Shown: piece by piece, positions 8,381-15,629 of the stretch
Layout of the letters: every line of letters starts with the position of its first letter
Numbering within the stretch: the first letter of the stretch is position 1
Assembly: GCA_054661495.1 (NCBI GenBank)
Contig: BAAFSQ010000232.1
Coordinates: forward strand, 1-15,629
Source of the DNA: Zygophlyctis sp. KS116
Lineage: Eukaryota; Fungi; Chytridiomycota
Direction: 5' to 3'
Length of the DNA stretch: 15,629 nt
Program-made: the position numbers and the translations under genes
Notes under the pieces: model-generated
Databases searched by the model: none
What the model was told of the DNA's origin: nothing
The model's input: the letters and a program-made list of their open reading frames with translations, nothing else

Positions 8381-9486
8381 TTAACGCAATGTTTGTTTTG
8401 CTCTTTGTCTGACTTGCTGCGAATATTGTTGCATCCGATTCATTTTATCGTGCTTAACATCAGATTTATTAAAAATACCTTTGTTTTCCATTCATCTGAC
8501 TCGGTATGTCCCAACCCAGAAGGCAATTTCATATTCTCATCCCTATTCTTTTGCCTTTTCCAGTCTTCAAGATCATATGTTTCATAGTCTAATGCAGCTA
8601 GACTTCCTTTACTGTTTTTCATATACCGCTGACGAGTAGTAAGAGACAACTTCTTTTCAATAGGCGTACATCTTCCACTCTGAGCACTACTGGAAACACC
8701 CGTTTTAAAACTATTAGGATGATTAGGATTCACCGACAATTGAGATCCTGCTGATGATGGTCGAGATTGAATATGACTTGATTGGGGTCGATCAATGGTA
8801 CTGGACTGCCCAAAAGCTCCATAGGAATTAGCTGCCATTTGTGGATTATTCATCATTGGTAGATTATTTAGTGCTTGATGCGGATTTATCATTGTATGAT
8901 TATGTAGGGGTTGATGGTTCATCATCTGAGGATAGGATAACATGGGTAGATTTGGAATTGTACTGGGGGCGTTATTGATTTTTTGGGGCCTGGCGCTTTG
9001 AGATCCCATATTATATCCAACTGGAATCGGCGGATATGCCATATTCCCATTAATTTGCTGCTGAGGAAAGTTTGTCATTTGTGGCAGCTGAATTCGTGAT
9101 TTAATGATGGTAGGTGGGCGCATATCATAACCACTCATTTGAGGTTGGTTGATTATAAATTGAGGATTTACTTGCGCCTGCTGTGGATACCACTGCTGCT
9201 GAGGTAGATTCTGTCTTTCAGGAATTGATGTCCGAGATTTCGACATTGCAAAATTCTTCAATGGAGCATTCATAGGAGAATATATCGGCTGACCTTGATA
9301 AGGTGAGGGCATCATCATTTGCTGAGTCGGCTGGACATTATTCATTGGAATGACCATTTGCGATTGATAAGGGTACTGTGAAGGATGCTGCTGCATTTGC
9401 ATTTCCATTGGGATCATATTCGGCATTGGCTGTCTTCCATTTTGGTCAATCAAAGAATAAGATTGTGAAGGATACCGCCTATTCAT
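8381..9486 (-). CDS. Gln/Met/Pro/Asn-rich low-complexity protein with JHY-like (ciliary) C-terminal motif (~359 aa). Exons 9486-8479, 8452-8381
   Basis: Long biased ORF from MNRRYPSQ. A 26-nt intron (8453-8478) gives YETYDLEDWK....MKLPSGLG...DEWKTK|HDKMNRMQQYSQQVRQ, resembling the recalled JHY motif (KLGGLGPD...KEYAKQV). The gene itself is well supported; the family call is moderate. Confidence 0.62.
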
Positions 9487-9504
9487 ACTCAAATTCAGTT
9501 CTAA

Positions 9505-9560
9505 ATAAACAAGCAATCTTTGTTTATGTAAACAAAGACTTGTAACAAAGCGCGTAAACA
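9505..9560. promoter_or_regulatory. Cluster of four forkhead-type RTAAACA sites, including a palindromic pair
   Basis: ATAAACA 9505-9511, TGTTTAT 9521-9527, GTAAACA 9528-9534 and GTAAACA 9554-9560. Inverted repeat CTTTGTTTA-tg-TAAACAAAG at 9518-9537. All lie 19-74 bp upstream of ATG 9486. Confidence 0.45.
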
Positions 9561-9745
9561 TCCAGTGTCCTTCGATTAAAAGATAAAATACAATAAACTC
9601 TTTCATTTCAATGGCAGCTTTTAATTTACTTTGCATTACCAACAAAAATTGAATTTCCATTGAAACAAATATATTTCATAAAACATGTTCAAACTATCAC
9701 GGTATCTCGATCGTTTATGCAATATTCAATGGATACCTTGTCGAC

Positions 9746-12700
9746 TTAGATTGACGTAAGAAGCTTCGCCCCAGGATCAACAATTTCAGCAGCTTTTTTC
9801 TTCTTCTTTTTCTTCTTTTTATTTCCAGGAAATACATCTCCGTTTATGACTTTTCCTAGTTTGATAGTTTTCCACTCTACTAATTCATCATCATGTAGGG
9901 TGGAATTCTGACTTGAATTCAAAGAATTGAAGTTTGTTTCATTAGCGCATTCTGTCATGTAGTCATCCTTACTATATAATTCAGGTATGTGAACTGACTT
10001 AATCTCTAAATTATAATTTGACAGCTGCTGATTCTTTTTAGAAAAATTGTCACTATATCCAGGAGGAAAATGGGATTTTATAACCGAAAAATTTGGGATA
10101 ACTGCTGGTAAATCATCCTCCTGGTCATTCTTTTGCTTCTTGGCAACATCAGCAGTATGATCATTCAAGATTTTTTCAATTTCAAAATGAGCAGCTTCAA
10201 CAGATTTCATGGATTTCCCGCAAATAATAGCAACATTAGAGGCAGTTTTAAAATCATTATATACTTCAATCCACGCAGAAGATGCTGACCGGATTCTTTT
10301 CAAGGTTTCACCGCCTTTACCGATTATGTGAGGTATAACTTCTACCGGCAGATTTACATGCAAGAGAAACGAATGATCCTCCTAAAAATTTAAGTACCAA
10401 AATTACTAATTCTTTCAACTTCGAACTATAAAATAGTTTCAGCGCAGATGCTTTCCGAGCAGTACTTCGCAAGACCAAAATTCCAGATTTTAAGCTGCTA
10501 AGATCTGATTCAAGTTCTGCATTAAATTCTTTTTTCAATTTTGACATTAAATTTCTAATGAAATAAGATTCAGAAGAATTTTCCTGAAAGTCTTTGTTCA
10601 GTATAATTGGAGGTACTTCCATGGAATTCGAGACGTCCATTTCCTCCTTTACAGTTAGCATGAATTTTTTACCATTAAATAAGCATGAAGGTTTTCTGAA
10701 TCCGATTTAGTCTCACCCACTACACGTAAGATCACTGAGTCAGAAAGCTCTTTTTCTACAAAAATACAAGCAGATAATTTACGAGTAATTCCAATGAGTC
10801 TTTCTCCATTTTTTATACAAATCCGGCTGAAATCGTTTAAATTTAAAGTTACAAAAATATCCGATCCACCTGCTGCAAAAAGGGATGAGATACATAAACG
10901 TTTCTTTCCTGAATATAAAAATGTACTCAATGAATCATCAATTTTCGCTTTAACAGAGTTAATGGCGTCTTTATGACATCTGACATAAACGATGTCAGAT
11001 GGGATTGTTGAAAATTCTTTGGGAATTTCAATCAATACTTTTCCAAAATCTTTCAGAGCATCAACTATTTGACGAATGTTTTGTCCTTTGAGCCCAATTA
11101 ACGGCCGGTGCAAGTAATGAGGAATACGTAATTCTGTAGATATATGGTTAAGCTATCATTATATTATAGAAACTAACCATTTCATCAACCCTTTCCAATA
11201 TAAGAGACTTTACAATATCACATTTGCATTTTTCCCCTTCTAAAACGACACTGGTAATTTCTTCCATTTCATCGATGCTCAGACGCACAGAATGAATGTC
11301 TTTGAGTTTTTTCCAGTTAAAATCATTATGGTTAAGTATGAGTCCCGAGGACATTTTAGGAATTTTGAACTTTAACTGATAAGAATTTTTAATCTGTAAC
11401 CGTTAAGAACTATTCTTACCTCCTTGCCTGCTATTTCCAGTAACTCCGTTTTGATTGAATTGACATTGTCCTCAAATCCTTTTAAAATTAGGAGCCCGAG
11501 ATGTTTGATATCTAAACTATCGACGAATTTTTCGTCGTCACGATCCACTTTAGAAAAAGTGATTTGTACATTATATTTTTCAGCTATTTTTTTTATATTT
11601 CGACCTTGCTTCCCAATCAGCCTACCAAGAACTCTATCACAATGATTCAAATCCAAATCAACCGACTCTGGAACCAATTCCGGATCGAAAAGTGAAAATT
11701 GACAAGTCACAGTATTGCAGATATTGTGGATTTTAGAATTGATAATATCAGCAGCCAAGGGCACTATCAACTTTGGCCCAAAAATCAGAAGTTCATTTGA
11801 CTCCCAAACAAATCGCATATGAAAACCTCGATGGGAATAAATACTATATAAGTCCTTTTCAACAGCAGCTTTAAGTTGTGCCATTTCAGGTATTTTCTGT
11901 CGAATTTCACGAAGTACACCCGAATAAGTAGCTAGATTCAATATACCCATAGATCCATCAAAATCAGGAAATACAGCTTTCATTAAATCTAATTCAACTG
12001 ATATTTTTTGAGAAAACCCGGTTAGGCTCTCGATCTTTTTCCACTGATCAACCAATCCATTAATTTTTTCGCAAACTTGATTGACTCCATTCATTTCACC
12101 ACGAACAATTATCATATTGTTGTCTGATAAATTGTCATGAATTTTAGAAGAGCCAAAAATTATCTTGACAGTATTTTCCGATGGGCCGAGTATTTCCTTC
12201 ATCATAGAGCCACCTGAACCAATCAATCTACCGTGAAAGTGGGCATCAATTGTAAGGTGCTGCGTACAACTGTTTGCTGATGCTGTTGCATCCTCTGTGA
12301 TTAGCTTAGTGATTAAAGAAATCACTTTCTCCGCTTCCTTGTTAGATTCTTCATATTCCAGCTGGGTTAGGAACGGGATTCTAGAGATAATGATTCCAAC
12401 TTCGTTTGATTTATCGCTATTCATTGATGTAAAAACATCCAACAGTCGATCATCAACTTTAGGAAGATTTTTTAATTTAGTTATATTTTGTCCGCGTTTG
12501 CCAATTATATAAGAATGTAATGCGTTAGGAATTGTTACCATTTGAGGGTAGAGCGATTTTGCATGCGAGCAAATAAGTGTCTTCACTGCAGCAATACCAA
12601 CATCAAACTCTTTCCTTGTTTGCCCTTGAATTTCTAGAACAGTTGGACTATTCGGATGACGATAAATATTTATAGCATGTTGCGTTTGAATTTCCTTGAT

Positions 12701-13856
12701 TGTAGATAACTCTCGACTAAAAAGGAAGCGAAAATATAACAAAATCTGAGAATCAGAAAGAGGCATTATATCTTTACAGTCCAGCGTACCAATAAGGACC
12801 GAATTAGCTTTTTCCAAGACAGCCTGTAAAGCCGTACTTAGCATATGCTCCGGCCCTTTAATAGTAATAGTTTCAGAAGTTTCAGAAGAATTTGGAATTA
12901 AAACTAAACATCCAGTTTTTTCCAAGATTTCCTGTTTACCACTACCCTTTTTTCCAAAAATAAATCTATGTTGTGCTTTCTTCAAGGGAACCGCAATGGT
13001 ACCAATATTATGTGACTTGACATTATATATAAATGAAAATTTACCATATCCTTTACAATTCCCTTTAATTTCTCTATTGCGCCAAAAACATTCTCCATTT
13101 CCCCGATAATTACAATTTCTTCATTTACAACCTTTTCGCTTTGATCATACAGGGGAGGAACGTGTAATTTCACATTATACTCCTTCTCCAATTCTGGAAT
13201 TTTGGGACCTATAAAATGATGGAGAAATTTATCAACACTTGTTTTCCCTCTATAATTTGAAGTCTGTTTTTTAACTATTTCCATGATTTCATTTTGTGCT
13301 ATTGCCACTCCTTGATCATCACCCGTAATATCAACCTGAACTTCTGTTGCATCATTTTGATCATTTTTTTGAATCGCAATCTTTGTCATTGAATGCTCAA
13401 TAATCTTTTTTAACATTGAGCCTCCTTTACCAATCACAAATGCCTTTGCAGCATTAGGGATTTTAAAAGTAACAGTTTTCTTGAGACTTAGATATAAAAA
13501 ACTTACAGGAACTGTTAACAGAGAAAGTAATTCTCTTTTAGATTCCAAGACATTGTTGGCAGACCCATGAATAATAAGAGTAACCATTCCCGTTCTCTTA
13601 TTTGATGATAATTCCACAGAAACCTTTCTTCTAGTCATTAAGGATTTGCATATGTCAGAAATAGAAGGCCCAAGTGTTTTTTTCAACTTTTGTAAGTTCA
13701 ATAAATTACCAGATTTTCCTTTGGAATATCTAACCGCTCAAATGAATTTTCAGCTGCTAATTCAAGGCCTGGCATACGACTCTTTTTCCATACAGGTGTA
13801 GTCTGTACAGAATTACTGCATAAGCTAGGGAATAGCTCTGAGGACTTGAAATCCAT
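9746..13856 (-). CDS. SCP160: Vigilin/Scp160-like multi-KH RNA-binding protein (~1309 aa). Exons 13856-13710, 13686-13507, 13479-13045, 13015-11420, 11393-11178, 11152-10673, 10646-10407, 10381-9746
   Basis: N-terminal ELFPSL motif and repeated KH GxxG motifs (FVIGKGG, HRFIFGKKG, HSYIIGKRG, HGRLIGSGG, RLIGKQG, HRPLIGLKG, HIIGKGG). Seven GT-AG introns of 23, 27, 29, 26, 25, 26 and 25 nt join six track ORFs plus an extra first exon into one frame. Confidence 0.88.
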
Positions 13857-13985
13857 TTATTAGCCGATACGCGTGAAGTCCGATTCGTAACCAGCCATTT
13901 GATCTTTCATATTACAACTTCAAATAATCTCAGAGTCAGGACATGATGATCTACAAACTTTGTAAATGAAACTGCATTTATTTAC

Positions 13986-15218
13986 TTAAAAAAGCAAGAG
14001 AGCAATAAGTTCAACAAAGCCTAAAGAAGATAGAGTATTTGCTGCAGAATTAACGGCATCATCACTTGACGTTGGAGGGGGAGGATTTAGAGTTCCAGTT
14101 GCGTCGACTGGGAAGTATTCAGTTACAGTCGTAGAATGGGGCGCAAGAGAAGTCTCATCAGCAGTAGTTTCAACAGAAGTCTCATCAGCAGTAGTTTCAA
14201 CAGAAGTGACAACAGCAGTAGTTTCAACAGAAGTCTCATCAGCAGTAGTTTCAACAGAAGTGACAACAGTGCTCTCTGCAATCGTTTGAGTGGCTGTAGG
14301 ATCTTCGCAGACTCCTGCTACACATTCAAGTCCATATCCGCAATTTTTAAGAATTCCATGAATATTTCCACATGATTTGCGAACACCTACGACGTCTAGG
14401 AGCGGTGGAGGTGGAGTTGCAGCATCCACCTTTTTACACAGTCCCGGAAGATCGCTGGCTGCAGCGGATGCAACACAGCGAAGTCCATTTTCACATCTAG
14501 GGGCAGTAGCCAAAAGGCCACCACACTCTTTTCCTTCTCCTACATATCTGAGACAAACTCCTGGAATATCAGGAGTAGCTGGATCATTTGAACATTTAAG
14601 TCCAGTTTCACAGACAGTTGGGAAGTTCATGGTAACATCGATCTTACCACCGCAAGTCTCTCCTTCTTTCACAGTCTTTGGGACGGTTTCTTTGCAAATT
14701 CTTGTCCCATCCGTAGCAGCTTCATTTTTACCGCAGGTGAATCCGCTTTCACAGAGAATAGTATACCCATTGCAGGCTTGATCTTTTGCAACATTCTTGA
14801 GCTTTTCACAAATTCCTTCAGAAGACTTTGATCCATCTTTAGCGCACAAGAGTTGGCTATCGCATTCAACTCCTCGAGATATATCGCATTTTTCTCCTTC
14901 TTTTGCGGCTGTTGGTTTTTTACAAACTGATACAGCATCTGGAGCGGATCCAATCTTGGTACAGAGAAGTGGTTCTTGGCATTCTGTAGAATATATGCTA
15001 TTGCACTTTTCTCCTTCTTTCAAACTGTTTGGCTTTGTACAATAATGTGGGGCATCTGGAAGAATTCCATTAATGGAACACAAAAGTCCGTCCTCACATA
15101 GAATAGATAATGCATAATTGCACTCTAATCCCACGCCTACAGTCTTTATGGCTGGTGCATTTTGAGATCTTGCTTTTTGAATGAGAGAGATCAGAAGTAA
15201 GCTGAGTGTCAGTTTCAT
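13986..15218 (-). CDS. Secreted, probably GPI-anchored surface protein with seven 4-Cys modules and a Ser/Thr-rich stalk (410 aa, intronless)
   Basis: Signal-peptide-like MKLTLSLLLISLIQKARS. Seven modules of the form GE.C-x(6-13)-C..GL.C-x(4-12)-C. Thr-rich repeats, then NSAA followed by a hydrophobic C-terminus LGFVELIALLLF. Confidence 0.88.
   Translation of the reverse strand: MKLTLSLLLISLIQKARSQNAPAIKTVGVGLECNYALSILCEDGLLCSINGILPDAPHYCTKPNSLKEGEKCNSIYSTECQEPLLCTKIGSAPDAVSVCKKPTAAKEGEKCDISRGVECDSQLLCAKDGSKSSEGICEKLKNVAKDQACNGYTILCESGFTCGKNEAATDGTRICKETVPKTVKEGETCGGKIDVTMNFPTVCETGLKCSNDPATPDIPGVCLRYVGEGKECGGLLATAPRCENGLRCVASAAASDLPGLCKKVDAATPPPPLLDVVGVRKSCGNIHGILKNCGYGLECVAGVCEDPTATQTIAESTVVTSVETTADETSVETTAVVTSVETTADETSVETTADETSLAPHSTTVTEYFPVDATGTLNPPPPTSSDDAVNSAANTLSSLGFVELIALLLF
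14148..14269 (-). repeat. Coding 27-nt tandem repeat (TSVETTADE / TSVETTAVV), ~4.5 copies
   Basis: + strand units AGAAGT(CTCAT/GACAA)CAGCAGTAGTTTCAAC at 14148, 14175, 14202, 14229 and partially 14256; pattern A-A-B-A-B. Confidence 0.95.
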
Positions 15219-15258
15219 AATTTTTTTTAGAAATCTGGATGCGGCATTTGCGCTAAAT

Positions 15259-15305
15259 CTATTATTGGAATTCTATAATTGGAATTCTATTATTGGAATT
15301 CTATT
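15259..15305. repeat. Non-coding 14-nt tandem repeat CTAT(T/A)ATTGGAATT x ~3.3
   Basis: Units at 15259, 15273, 15287 and partially 15301, 41-87 bp upstream of the ATG at 15218. Confidence 0.9.
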
Positions 15306-15387
15306 TTTAGACCCATAATCTAATTTTAGATTAGATCGTGCATTAGAAAATATTTATTTATACATATTAAAGCTCTCATTTTAAGCA

Positions 15388-15629
15388 TTACAAAATAATA
15401 ATCAAAATGTTTTTAAAAAATAGATAATCATCATAAATAACTATGGATAACTTGATTTCGTAACGCCTTTTACTTCGCCTTTGGTACTTTGGTTCTAATG
15501 TTTTTACATATGACTCTAATAAATCAATAGAATTATTTCCAAATTCAACTAGCGTTTCTTCAACGATTTCTCCTTTTTTCAAAATACCATGCATATCTGT
15601 ATAGTATACCACTAGCGCAGTTAAAACAG
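15388..15629 (-). CDS. Possible 3' end of an unidentified gene entering from the right edge
   Basis: The frame is open from the window edge (VLTALVVYYTDMHGILKKGEIVEETLVEFG...). No recognisable motif. A possible ~29-nt intron (GTAAAA...CAAAG) would end it earlier as ..LLESYAK*. Confidence 0.35.
   Translation of the reverse strand, partial: VLTALVVYYTDMHGILKKGEIVEETLVEFGNNSIDLLESYVKTLEPKYQRRSKRRYEIKLSIVIYDDYLFFKNILIIIL

Noticed and set aside
9487-9660. 58-aa N-terminal extension of the JHY-like ORF
   Set aside because: Composition resembles translated AT-rich intergenic DNA and it overlaps the motif cluster. ATG 9486 is preferred but not proven.
600-13710. Frame breaks as pseudogenes, programmed frameshifts or an alternative genetic code
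   Set aside because: Each break examined is explained by a 23-30 nt GT-AG intron that restores frame under the standard code.
14136-15045. Plus-strand ORFs 14136-14375, 14377-14781 and 14797-15045
   Set aside because: Antisense shadows of the repeat-rich surface protein gene.
15259-15305. Heat-shock element
   Set aside because: GAA and TTC are adjacent (GAATTC) rather than in the nGAAnnTTCn spacing.
1-15629. tRNA/rRNA genes, transposons, or a functional gene cluster
   Set aside because: No recognisable RNA gene, transposase or terminal repeats were seen, and neighbouring genes have unrelated functions. Small ncRNAs cannot be excluded by eye.

Overview
AT-rich, extremely compact eukaryotic DNA, not prokaryotic. 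The ORF track is fragmented because the genes carry many tiny GT-AG spliceosomal introns. I resolved 24 of them by hand, all 23-30 nt, plus one uncertain 23-nt intron. Intergenic gaps are 4-260 bp. Genes in order: 3' part of a class 1/2 aldehyde dehydrogenase (+), SETD9-like SET protein (-), short TTC25/ODAD4 TPR protein (+), MED6 (-), Gyp7/TBC1D15-like Rab-GAP (+), a Cys-rich/plant-type-LRR region that splices in frame into an apparently zinc-less alpha-carbonic-anhydrase-like domain with a ~260-aa Tyr/Ser/Asn/Gly repeat insert (+), a Q/M/P-rich protein with a JHY-like C-terminus (-), vigilin/Scp160-like multi-KH protein (-), a secreted GPI-anchored Cys-repeat protein (-), and an unidentified gene end (-). 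The ciliary genes plus fungal-like genes suggest a flagellated (zoosporic, chytrid-like) fungus or relative, which is an inference. The best candidate for novelty is the LRR / pseudo-carbonic-anhydrase locus at 5478-8313. Also notable are the ultra-short intron system and forkhead-site clusters in front of the two ciliary genes. All family calls come from motif recognition, not database searches.
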